The notes under the pieces were generated by a model. That model was not told the origin of the DNA. It ran no database searches and saw nothing but the letters and a program-made list of their open reading frames with translations. From a virus, in the UHGV virus genome UHGV-0114939: a stretch of DNA of 35,289 bases; one strand, written 5' to 3'. Each line of letters opens with the position of its first letter. Position 1 is the stretch's first letter. Positions 17,013-25,494 of the stretch are shown piece by piece. The translations under genes were made by a program, and so were the position numbers.

Positions 17013-17838
17013 GGACCGCCTCCAGACGCTTGGCGAGCCAGCGTTGCGACAGGCGGGTGAGTTCTCCTTTACGCTGCTCATATTCCATGCCCATATCAAT
17101 TAACGTGATATTGGTGCTTTCGAGATATGAGAGGTGCTCAAGCTGTTCTGCGTTCATATGGTCGCGAGGTTCGCCAGAATAGCCATTTATCCGCGCCCAC
17201 TGTTTAGCAGTTAGCCCACCAAGAACGATACGAGAAATCATATTGCTCTCGTTTGTGTAGTGGTGTTGCTGCGTCGTTTTACCCATCTCGGCACGGGCCA
17301 TATTCAGCGCATCGCACATTGGCTTAAAGTTGTTTGCGGCACTGATACGGGCTTTTAGCTGGCGACGATAGCGGGCGGCGATTTCAGGCACGCTACGCTG
17401 TAATTCTTCCTCGCACTGGATGAAATAACGGCGGATAGCGCGCCCCTGATCATTGCGTTCGATCATTGCCAGTTCTTTCGCCATTCCGACACTTAACAGA
17501 TAGTCTTTGCCGGGTCTGCCAGACTGCTTAATCTTGCTGTAAGCCGCGTCATTCGGGCTTTTCCCCAAATTTGGGGAAATTGTTTTATGGACTGAGTAAT
17601 CGTGCCCAATGGTGAAGTCATATTCAGAGATGCGATCAGTGATCCATGTAGAGAAGTCTTTTCCCACGCCCAACGCTTTGTGTAACGCTTTTGCGCTAAC
17701 AATATTGGTTTCACGCCCACCGATATGACCAGGAATAACCGGGACAATTGCGGCAAATTCATTACCGTTAATTGTGCCCAGAGAGGCGTTCAGATGAGGG
17801 GCGGCCTCAGAAATTAATCTGCTTTTTTCGATGTTCAT
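17005..17838 (-). CDS. phage antirepressor-like protein (AntA/Rha-type N-terminus with KilAC-like C-terminus)
   Basis: ATG at 17838 with GGAGA RBS. Motifs VSAKALHKALGVGKDFSTWITDRI and DYLLSVGMAKELAMI are typical of antirepressor families. Confidence 0.6.
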   Translation of the reverse strand: MNIEKSRLISEAAPHLNASLGTINGNEFAAIVPVIPGHIGGRETNIVSAKALHKALGVGKDFSTWITDRISEYDFTIGHDYSVHKTISPNLGKSPNDAAYSKIKQSGRPGKDYLLSVGMAKELAMIERNDQGRAIRRYFIQCEEELQRSVPEIAARYRRQLKARISAANNFKPMCDALNMARAEMGKTTQQHHYTNESNMISRIVLGGLTAKQWARINGYSGEPRDHMNAEQLEHLSYLESTNITLIDMGMEYEQRKGELTRLSQRWLAKRLEAVHV

Positions 17839-17850
17839 TTTCAGTCTCCG

Positions 17851-18282
17851 TTAGGCGGCGTTAAACGCGTTCGGGTAGAGTTTCAGAATGTCGGCAATTT
17901 CCTGCTGAGAAAGTCCGTTGTGATCATTTATGTTCGCAAGATGGTTAACATGAGTGATCACTTTCAGAACATCACCACGGCAGGAGAAACGGTAGCGAAG
18001 GTGTGTTCCGATACCATCAGGATTCTTTTCGTCGATACGCTCCAGAGTGATTCCAAGCTGGCGTTCTAACTCTGTTGCATAGTTACGACCAGAAGACAGA
18101 CGGCAGTAGCGAAGAATGTCATTTTCTGTCCATCCCTCTATACCAGTACGCAGCATATAGACTCTGGCACGATGCTTTTTCGGTGTGCGCTTTGGTGCTT
18201 GAAGGGATTTTGTCAGGGGCGTAACATCAGATACGCGAATATCTGAATTAGCCGCCTGTAATGGGCGGTTTTTCTTTTCCAT
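17851..18282 (-). CDS. hypothetical protein (P4-like island regulatory region)
   Basis: ATG at 18282 with GAGGTGG RBS; overlaps the AlpA stop. Confidence 0.55.
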   Translation of the reverse strand: MEKKNRPLQAANSDIRVSDVTPLTKSLQAPKRTPKKHRARVYMLRTGIEGWTENDILRYCRLSSGRNYATELERQLGITLERIDEKNPDGIGTHLRYRFSCRGDVLKVITHVNHLANINDHNGLSQQEIADILKLYPNAFNAA

Positions 18283-18485
18283 CAGGCCACCTCGTCTCTA
18301 GATTCTAATATACACTTCTCAATCCATTCATCTATTTCAGACTCAACAAAAGCAATTGCCCGACTTCCAATTTTTACCTGTTTAGGGAACCTCCCCTGAC
18401 TAATAAGACGATAAATCCATGCTTTGCTATAACCAGTTCGCCTTTGAACTTCAGAGAGACGAATTAATGAATTGTAATTAGCCAT
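18282..18485 (-). CDS. alpA: AlpA-family phage transcriptional regulator / excisionase-like HTH protein
   Basis: 67 aa: MANYNSLIRLSEVQRRTGYSKAWIYRLISQGRFPKQVKIGSRAIAFVESEIDEWI, the typical AlpA signature. Confidence 0.8.
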   Translation of the reverse strand: MANYNSLIRLSEVQRRTGYSKAWIYRLISQGRFPKQVKIGSRAIAFVESEIDEWIEKCILESRDEVA

Positions 18486-18912
18486 TTATTAATATCCTGT
18501 ACTAATGACGCAATAACCCCCTCCTGCAACGAATGGCGAGAGTTTTATTTGCGTCAAATGTCGAATACGCCAAAGACCACAATATGAAAAACATATTGCG
18601 GTCTTTTATAAAAGATAGTCAGATTGTTTTGGTTTGTTTGCTCCACAAGGGTAGAGCTACCCTGCATTTCGGCAGGATCACGCTATTAGGCGTGACATCC
18701 AGTAGTTTTAAAGAACAATTGCGCTTTGTCAGCGCCAAAGCCTGTTAAAGAACATTCCGCTTTTCAGCAGCGTAGAAGGCTCAATACACCTTCGTTTATA
18801 AAAGAGCGATTGCCCTTCTCCAGGGCTAACTGTTAAATAGCAATCCTCTGTGAGTTTTTATCAATCTACTCCCCTATACTTTAGTAAACCTCTGTATACT
18901 TGTCCAGTTGTT

Positions 18913-20127
18913 TCATGCGTGTTTTTCAAACACCATATGCACCACATTTCCGCCATGCTCGAGAGAATCCATATAGTCGGCATACCATTGAAGCATCTCC
19001 CGCCGTCCATCCAGATATTGCGCATGGTTGTATGTGCCACGAATTGAGTTCTTATCAACGTGAGCGAGCTGCGTTTCTATCCACGCGGTGTTATAGCCCT
19101 GCTCATGCAAAATCGTGCTCATAGTGTGTCGGAACCCATGACCAGTTACACGTCCAGCGTAGCCAATGCGCTTAAACACTTGGTTTATGCTGGCCTCACT
19201 CATTGTTTTCCTTGGATCATTGCGCCCGGGAAACATAAGAGGGTAATTGCCTGTTATTTCTCTAATCTTCCCAATAAGCGAAAGAGCCTGCTCAGACAAT
19301 GGCACAATATGAGGCCGCCGCATTTTCATACGTGAAGCGGGTATCTCCCATATAGCCTTGTTGAAATCAATTTCATCCCATAATGCGCCACGTAGTTCGC
19401 CAGTTCGCAAGCCGGTGATAATCAGTAGACGAGCCGCCATAACAACCAATGCGCTTCCTGAGTAACTGGACAATGCCTTGAAAAAATCAGGTAATTCTTT
19501 GGTCGTAAGGAAAGGGTAATGATTAGATTCATGGCCTTGCATCGCGCTAGTAAGGTCTGGTGCAGGGTTATACTCTGCGCGACCAGTGACTATTGCATAA
19601 CGGAAAACTTCCCCGCACCGCTGCCTCACTTTTTTGGCTTTTTCTGTCGCACCGCGCCCCTCGATGCGCCGCAGCACATTCAGAAGTTCAAGTGGTTTGA
19701 TTTCGGCGATTGGTTTTTTGCCAATGTAAGGGAACACATCTTTGTTGAAGGCTTCGAGGATGTCTGAAGCATAACCAGCAGACCATTTTTTTAATTTGCT
19801 GCTGTGCCACTCAAGGGCAATATCTTTGAAGGTGTTGTTTAACTGCGTTTCCCGGGCAATCTTTTCCTCTCGTTTCGCTTCCATCGGATCGATACCACCA
19901 GCGATACCTCTTTTCGCATCTTCTCGTTTTGCCCGAGCATCGGCTAGAGTAACCTCAGGATACACACCTAGTGCCAATAGCTTCTCTTTACCAGCTACAC
20001 GATATTTAAGTCGCCAGTATTTACCTCCATTAGGTTTTACCAAGAGATACAAACCGCCACCATCGGCCAGCTTGTAAGCCTTCTCTTTTGGCTTGGCTGT
20101 GTCTATTTGACGGGCATTGAGTTTCAC
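18913..20127 (-). CDS. P4-type tyrosine integrase
   Basis: GTG start at 20127 with GGAGGT RBS. N-terminal arm-binding signature LADGGGLYLLVKPNGGKYWRLKYR; C-terminal catalytic HGFRHT and Tyr region RGTYNHAQY. Lies next to the tRNA-derived att core. Confidence 0.9.
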   Translation of the reverse strand: MKLNARQIDTAKPKEKAYKLADGGGLYLLVKPNGGKYWRLKYRVAGKEKLLALGVYPEVTLADARAKREDAKRGIAGGIDPMEAKREEKIARETQLNNTFKDIALEWHSSKLKKWSAGYASDILEAFNKDVFPYIGKKPIAEIKPLELLNVLRRIEGRGATEKAKKVRQRCGEVFRYAIVTGRAEYNPAPDLTSAMQGHESNHYPFLTTKELPDFFKALSSYSGSALVVMAARLLIITGLRTGELRGALWDEIDFNKAIWEIPASRMKMRRPHIVPLSEQALSLIGKIREITGNYPLMFPGRNDPRKTMSEASINQVFKRIGYAGRVTGHGFRHTMSTILHEQGYNTAWIETQLAHVDKNSIRGTYNHAQYLDGRREMLQWYADYMDSLEHGGNVVHMVFEKHA

Positions 20128-20199
20128 TTGGGGGTACCTCCACTAAACCGAACAGCAAATACCCCCATAAGTACCCCCATCTGACCGTAGATTTTGAGG

Positions 20200-20275
20200 G
20201 ACTTTAGTAGACGTCAAAAGACGAACGGGGCTTTAATACGTGGATTATAAGGGGTTTTGAAAGACTTTAGTAGAC
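20200..20275. repeat. 13-bp direct repeat GACTTTAGTAGAC x2 (20200-20212, 20263-20275), candidate integrase arm-type sites
   Basis: Exact direct repeats between the integrase start and the att core. Confidence 0.35.
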
Positions 20276-20292
20276 TTGGGGAGATGTTTGAA

Positions 20293-20328
20293 TGGTGCCG
20301 ATAATAGGAGTCGAACCTACGACCTTCG
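20293..20328 (-). other. att core, copy 1: identical to the 3' end of tRNA-Thr(CGU), including CCA
   Basis: Minus strand reads CGAAGGTCGTAGGTTCGACTCCTATTATCGGCACCA. A 14-nt tRNA 5' fragment GAGCAGCGCATTCG lies at 20372-20385, separated by a 41-nt hairpin-containing insert; no intact acceptor stem, so not a functional tRNA. Confidence 0.6.
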
Positions 20329-20443
20329 ATTCCAATGACGTGTTTCACAAGTCATTGATTCTTCGAACCGAATGCGCTGCTCCTGAAAGGCAAAACTGAC
20401 ACAACTGATCACGGTTGCCCCTGAATATTAGATCGGGGGAAAG

Positions 20444-21646
20444 ATGAAATACAAGCCTAATGCGTACCTTGTTAAAGAAAACTCGTCGGTATACTCCGTC
20501 AAGGTCACTATTCCGCCTTATATGCGTTCCCTTTTTGGGAATCGAACAGCATTCATGCGTACAACAGGCACGGCAGATATCAGGGAAGCCCGAATCATTC
20601 GTGACAAAGTCATGCACGAGTTTTTTGCTATCAGAGACAGACTCAAGCCAAAACCACAACGTAACAGTGTTGATCGCGTCCTGGTGGAACTGCGCTCTAT
20701 CAACCAGCATGTAAGCCAAAATGATGGGATAGACTTCGCCACGGCTCGTGTGTGTCCCTCCCTTGTCCAACTGCGGGATGAATTTATTGTCCAACACAAT
20801 GACAGGCGCAAGCTGTCTACCTTGAGCAAGTACATTAAGGCGGTGGAGGTCTTCACGGCTCATTTCCGGCGTAAGGATTTCCAGTTGCAGGAAATCAACA
20901 GGACTATGGTCACCGATTGGTTAGACAGCGCCAAGCAGGAGAAAGCCAGCCAGACACTGGCGAATTATCTTGGCTGTCTGTCCCAACTAGTGGCACTGGC
21001 TCAGAACCGTTATCACGATGCGCCGAAAGAGAATGTATTCGCGGGCCACAAACTGGACGTGCGCCATGATCGAGAAAGCTACGAACCCTTTAGCGGGGAT
21101 GAACTAGCTAAGGTGTATGCGGTGCTTGATGAAGAGATGAAAGCCGTTGCGATGGTGGGAATGTATAGCGGTATGCGCCTTAACGAAATCTGCTCTCTGC
21201 AAATCAGCAATATCAAAACCGTTGAGGGGGTATGGTGTTTCGAGGTGACGGAGGGTAAGACACGCAATGCGGCTCGCCTGGTTCCAATTCATAGCCGATT
21301 GACGACACTCGTTAAAGACCTCATCCAGAACAACCACAATGGCTTCTTATTCTACCATGCCAGCATCACAGAACGTGCAGACGGCAAGCGCTCAACGTGG
21401 CATACACAGCGATTTACACGGGCTAAACGTAAAGCGTTGGCTGAGAAAGGCACTGAGCGGAAGGTGTTTCATAGTCTGCGGGGAATGTTCATCAGCCAGC
21501 TTGATCGTGGTGGAGTCCCAGAGGACAGGATCGCATTGATTGTGGGTCATGAGCGCGGGAAAACCGAATCATTCCGCACCTATAGCCAAGGGGCTAGCAT
21601 GAAGGAGTTGGCGGATTATGTAGACATTGTCTCACATAGCATATAA
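20444..21646 (+). CDS. tyrosine integrase (site-specific recombinase)
   Basis: ATG at 20444 with GGGGGA RBS. Catalytic-region motifs HSLRGMF and RTYSQG. Diverges from the att core, opposite the element A integrase. Confidence 0.85.
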   Translation: MKYKPNAYLVKENSSVYSVKVTIPPYMRSLFGNRTAFMRTTGTADIREARIIRDKVMHEFFAIRDRLKPKPQRNSVDRVLVELRSINQHVSQNDGIDFATARVCPSLVQLRDEFIVQHNDRRKLSTLSKYIKAVEVFTAHFRRKDFQLQEINRTMVTDWLDSAKQEKASQTLANYLGCLSQLVALAQNRYHDAPKENVFAGHKLDVRHDRESYEPFSGDELAKVYAVLDEEMKAVAMVGMYSGMRLNEICSLQISNIKTVEGVWCFEVTEGKTRNAARLVPIHSRLTTLVKDLIQNNHNGFLFYHASITERADGKRSTWHTQRFTRAKRKALAEKGTERKVFHSLRGMFISQLDRGGVPEDRIALIVGHERGKTESFRTYSQGASMKELADYVDIVSHSI

Positions 21647-21792
21647 AAGTAAAACACACCATAAAAACAGCCAAAAAAAAACAATAGTTATAACTTAATA
21701 AAATTTAATGCTAATTAATTCAAATCATTATCATCTCGCTTCATTTTTTATTTATTTGGAAATATATTGATACAAAAAAGGACGGATTGACT

Positions 21793-22434
21793 ATGACTCA
21801 GCGAATTCAGCAGATCCAACGTATCGTGGAACAGCAAGGAATCACTCAACTGGTACATTTCACTAAGGCCGAAAATCTTCCAAGTATAATGGAACATGGG
21901 ATAGTCCCGATTTCTCGGATTGGAGAGTTTGGTATCACGCCTGCCACTAATGATCAACTTCGCCTTGATGGTCATTTAGATGGTACGTCTCTTTCTATCA
22001 CCTTTCCTAATCACAGAATGTTCTACAAATATAGGCTGGAAAATCAAGGGGTTGATTGGGTGGTGTTAGGTATAAAACCATCTATTCTATGGACAAAGGA
22101 TTGCGCGTTTTGTCGCCACAATGCTGCGGATGCTCGAATAAGCGTCAAGGCATTGGATGATTTGAGGCTTCCTGAATCACTTGCGGGAATGTTTAGCGAG
22201 ATAGACGGGTATGAAACACGAGATGGTCAAAAACTTTTAACATCCGATCCAACAGACGAACAAGCAGAAGTGTTAGTTTTTGATGTAATTGAACCTGAAC
22301 TGATCTTAGGGGCGGCCTTCAATAGCAGAACCGCAAACACACTTTACCAAAATCTCTTCGGAGAAAAAAAGATTATACTTAATGACAAAACCAATGGTTT
22401 ATTTGGTTCTCGTTCATTTAAGCGTAAGTGGTAA
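21793..22434 (+). CDS. DarT-like (DUF4433) DNA ADP-ribosyltransferase toxin candidate
   Basis: Track start at 21787 is TTG; ATG at 21793. N-terminal LVHFTKAENLPSIMEHG and C-terminal DEQAEVLVFD match the DarT hallmarks H-F-T...NL.SI..G and QAE-hLV (from memory). Lower GC than flanks. Confidence 0.65.
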   Translation: MTQRIQQIQRIVEQQGITQLVHFTKAENLPSIMEHGIVPISRIGEFGITPATNDQLRLDGHLDGTSLSITFPNHRMFYKYRLENQGVDWVVLGIKPSILWTKDCAFCRHNAADARISVKALDDLRLPESLAGMFSEIDGYETRDGQKLLTSDPTDEQAEVLVFDVIEPELILGAAFNSRTANTLYQNLFGEKKIILNDKTNGLFGSRSFKRKW

Positions 22435-22438
22435 AACA

Positions 22439-23146
22439 ATGGCACAAAGGCCCGTATATATACCTGTTAAAGAAAAATCACTCTTCGTAAAAACTGAGCT
22501 TGTAGATTTTACGTGGTTCCCGGGAATGTCAGTCTCACAAAAGCAGAAATCAATTGACTCGCTCCATGAAGCAGCAAAGACAAGCCTGCCTAATGTGGAC
22601 AAAATCCTTGAGATTTCCAGCAAGTCCCGTGAAACCCTCGGTGTTGCACTGAGTGCTTTCAACCTTTCTTTCACGACCCTGAAACAGCAACGTACATTAA
22701 CTATCGAAAGTGCGTTTCAAGGTAGCAAAGTGTTCCAACGTGGGGGTCCATATACCGACATGTTCGACATGACTCCTCGCGAAGCCAAAAAGGACAAGCG
22801 TTTATTGACCTCTGGCAGACTGACCGGATTCAAATTTTTTGGTAAAGAATGGGAACTGGAGCCACGTACTGCATTTTATGATTGGCTGTATATAAGTGCA
22901 TTGAAAAAAAGTACCGAGCTAGCAGAGCAACTAATTGAATATTCAGCATTTACTGACATAGAGTTCAATCCTGAGCGCTCGATAAATTGCCAAGCATATT
23001 CTGCGGCATTATATGTTTCATTATACAAACAAGGCATTCTTGATGATGCCATTGCATCTAAAGAGAGTTTCCTAGAAACGATCAAAAGTGCATCAATAAG
23101 TAATGCTCTTCAAGATGAAACAACTCAATCGGGCTTTGGGTTTTGA
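22439..23146 (+). CDS. hypothetical protein, cognate partner of the DarT-like gene (no macrodomain or NADAR signature seen)
   Basis: ATG at 22439, 4 nt after the DarT-like stop. 235 aa lacking the Gly-rich loops of macrodomains and the NADAR motifs. Confidence 0.6.
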   Translation: MAQRPVYIPVKEKSLFVKTELVDFTWFPGMSVSQKQKSIDSLHEAAKTSLPNVDKILEISSKSRETLGVALSAFNLSFTTLKQQRTLTIESAFQGSKVFQRGGPYTDMFDMTPREAKKDKRLLTSGRLTGFKFFGKEWELEPRTAFYDWLYISALKKSTELAEQLIEYSAFTDIEFNPERSINCQAYSAALYVSLYKQGILDDAIASKESFLETIKSASISNALQDETTQSGFGF

Positions 23147-23148
23147 AA

Positions 23149-23165
23149 GCCGGGATTAACCCGGC
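23149..23165. terminator. hairpin GCCGGG-ATTAA-CCCGGC between convergent genes (putative bidirectional terminator)
   Basis: Perfect 6-bp stem directly after the stops of 22439..23146 (+) and 23167..23373 (-). Confidence 0.4.
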
Positions 23166-23166
23166 C

Positions 23167-23373
23167 TCAATGTTTCAGTTTAATCTTTCGATGCTGCTCA
23201 TAATGAGCAAGTGCTGATTCCCAACCGTAATCATTCACCCGCTGCAAAAAAGTGCTGCGTGGAACGTCGAAATATCTCGCAATGGCTGACAGATTCAACC
23301 AGTTATCGGATTGATTATCAAGACTCATTGCCAGAAGTGGCAGACCTTTAGAATTGAACAGTTTCATGTGCAT
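23167..23373 (-). CDS. small helix-turn-helix protein
   Basis: ATG at 23373 preceded by AAGGAAAGGAGAT. HTH-like LSAIARYFDVPRSTFLQRV. Confidence 0.5.
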   Translation of the reverse strand: MHMKLFNSKGLPLLAMSLDNQSDNWLNLSAIARYFDVPRSTFLQRVNDYGWESALAHYEQHRKIKLKH

Positions 23374-23437
23374 GTGTGTATCTCCTTTCCTTTGCCTCGC
23401 CTGGCAGCGGGAGCAATGCGCTCCCGCAAACCGCTTT

Positions 23438-24478
23438 TTATGCTGTTGGTAATAGCGTCATCTTACAGACCAGATCCGGCCTGAAGTTGTATGCCATGAG
23501 GCTGTATTCACTATATAAATTCCGATTTCGTAACTCGTCGAAAGCTCTGTATGCGTACCAATCTTCAACATCACCAGAAGCGGAGATTTCAAGATGGCGA
23601 GCACATGGACCAATGAAGCGTCCCATAGGCAAACTCTGCTCAACCGGAGCATTTCCAAAGACCGGAACAAGGAAAGCCTCGTTTGACTTGATACCGCTGA
23701 ATGCTGAATCGCTGACTTCGATCAGACGCACAGAACCCAGCATAAACGAACTAAAGCCTGGCAGAACATCAGACGGGAACAGCACATCAGAACCAACCAG
23801 CCCGTTTGAATAAACTAGCAATTCACGAATCTGAGGAGAATATCTCACAGCACGGTAGGCATCAGATCCGCACAGCAGAACCCAACCACGCAGATATTGA
23901 GTTAGTCCACCCATCAGCGCTTTAGTGGCGCTAACCTGATCGTCAATGTCGCGCATCGGGTCATCATTCACACCTTGGTGCAAATCAGCGGTTCGCTGGT
24001 TCAGGGAGAATTCTACAGCCCAATCGATCTCATTTTGCTGAGTACCCCAAGCGTTAACTTTATTGAAAATCAAAGCCTGCCAATAGGCATATTCACGTGA
24101 GCGCTCAAACTTGGCACGCATCTGAATAAACTTGTTGGCCTCAATCTCATCAAGAGACTGCTCCATAGTGCTGCCAGGTTTACGGTAACCTTTGAGATCT
24201 GCCGAAGTCACACGGTCAGTCACACCAGACCAAGGCAATTCGTATAAATACGAGCCTGCTGTCGGCTTCTCGATAGTCCCCCACTCCGAACTGAAACGCA
24301 TCAATGGCGCATCCACACCAATAGATGCCTCTTGGATACGATCCATACTAACTTTGTGGGAATCTGCGATCTGACGGTCTGCAAATACATCAAGGTGAGT
24401 CAGCAGTAAATTGCTCTGCGGAACCTGAGTACGGAAGACCTTGCTGTAATTAACATAATCGAATGATTTAATAGCCAT
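23438..24478 (-). CDS. major capsid protein, lambda gpE-like
   Basis: 346 aa (lambda gpE is 341) directly downstream of a gpD-like gene; C-terminal architecture loosely parallels gpE. Distant similarity judged by eye only. Confidence 0.55.
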   Translation of the reverse strand: MAIKSFDYVNYSKVFRTQVPQSNLLLTHLDVFADRQIADSHKVSMDRIQEASIGVDAPLMRFSSEWGTIEKPTAGSYLYELPWSGVTDRVTSADLKGYRKPGSTMEQSLDEIEANKFIQMRAKFERSREYAYWQALIFNKVNAWGTQQNEIDWAVEFSLNQRTADLHQGVNDDPMRDIDDQVSATKALMGGLTQYLRGWVLLCGSDAYRAVRYSPQIRELLVYSNGLVGSDVLFPSDVLPGFSSFMLGSVRLIEVSDSAFSGIKSNEAFLVPVFGNAPVEQSLPMGRFIGPCARHLEISASGDVEDWYAYRAFDELRNRNLYSEYSLMAYNFRPDLVCKMTLLPTA

Positions 24479-24501
24479 TTTTGAAGTCCTTTTCTTGTTT
24501 G

Positions 24502-24852
24502 TTATTCTGCGATGACAGCATCGTCAGAGGTCAGGCGAATGTTTCCGTTGGCGGTCAATGCTGCTAGTGCTGCATTTGTTGCTGAACCCATTACGGCGCG
24601 GATTGCTTCTGGGTACACATAAATTAGGCGGTCAGCCACGATGACAGGAACATCAGAACCTGCCTCAGCGTAGGAGAGGCACAGAAGCGCATCAGTCCCA
24701 GAGGTGTAAAGCGTTCCGGTAGAGGTCACCACGGAACCTGGTTCCACAGCCTGTACGAGTGTCGCGAATACAATCGTTCTGCGGTCAAAATTGGCATATG
24801 CCGAATTTTTCACCACGTTGTTATACGTTTTTGGATAATCTTCCAGTTTCAT
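24502..24852 (-). CDS. head decoration protein, lambda gpD-like
   Basis: 116 aa; ATG at 24852 with GGAGAT RBS. LIYVYPEAIRAV resembles the gpD region EDVLWPEAAS. Precedes the capsid gene as D precedes E in lambda. Confidence 0.55.
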   Translation of the reverse strand: MKLEDYPKTYNNVVKNSAYANFDRRTIVFATLVQAVEPGSVVTSTGTLYTSGTDALLCLSYAEAGSDVPVIVADRLIYVYPEAIRAVMGSATNAALAALTANGNIRLTSDDAVIAE

Positions 24853-25494
24853 AGTCTTGAATCTCCATTCAGGTCATCGCCAATGATGGCGTTATTATTT
24901 CTCTGGCAAATTTGCCATTGAGGGGCGAAAAGAAAGCCGCTATCAGCGACTTCGTTCACTTCGTTTTCCATACAGAAAAAGACCAAGGCGAGAATATCCC
25001 GCCTGGTGTAGGTCAGTAGTTTTCTGATGGAGAGATTTGGAAAGCATGAGTGTGTTCACGCTTCAGGAATAAGGAGGCGGCAACGCTCCAAAGAATGGGT
25101 AAGGAGACCCAAAAACGTTGCCACCTGATGCCGTTAGTGTCCGGCTGACAGCCTTCCGAGGATGAAAGGGCTTTGGCAAATCTCCGATCCAAGGTCGGAG
25201 AAAATTCTTTTCTGATACAGCCAGCGGCTATGGCTTCACCTTCCCGTGAGAGAGTGCGGATTATTGGCTGTATGAGAAAAGGCCCGCACGGTATTCACAC
25301 AGGCACTTTATATTTCGTAAGAGAAGGAATGACAACGGCTGTTGTACGCACATACAATTTAAATCATCACCCTATGCAATTATTTTAACACGAATGATTA
25401 TCATTTGCAACAACAAAAACAATAACATGGCGAATTTAACGGCCCTCTCTCGTGTGGGCCAATTTACTACGTCATTTTTGACGGAACGATGATT

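Larger units (their letters stand above)
1..20328. mobile_element. integrative element A (P4-type integrase/AlpA/alpha-like primase backbone plus cargo); left boundary not resolved, may extend beyond the window
   Basis: Integrase adjacent to the tRNA-Thr-derived att core; P4-like replication module with iterons; genes almost all co-oriented. Confidence 0.4.

Noticed and set aside
20293-20400. Intact tRNA-Thr gene
   Set aside because: Only the 3' 35-36 nt and a 14-nt internal fragment match; the anticodon arm is replaced and no acceptor 5' strand (GCCGATA) is present.
20345-20863. 172-aa ORF on the minus strand
   Set aside because: Antisense to the 5' end of the element B integrase and runs into the att/tRNA-remnant region.
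25173-25388. 71-aa ORF in the gap upstream of the head genes
   Set aside because: Opposite strand to the surrounding operon, no RBS, implausible composition; the region is treated as a gene-free gap or pseudogene remnant.
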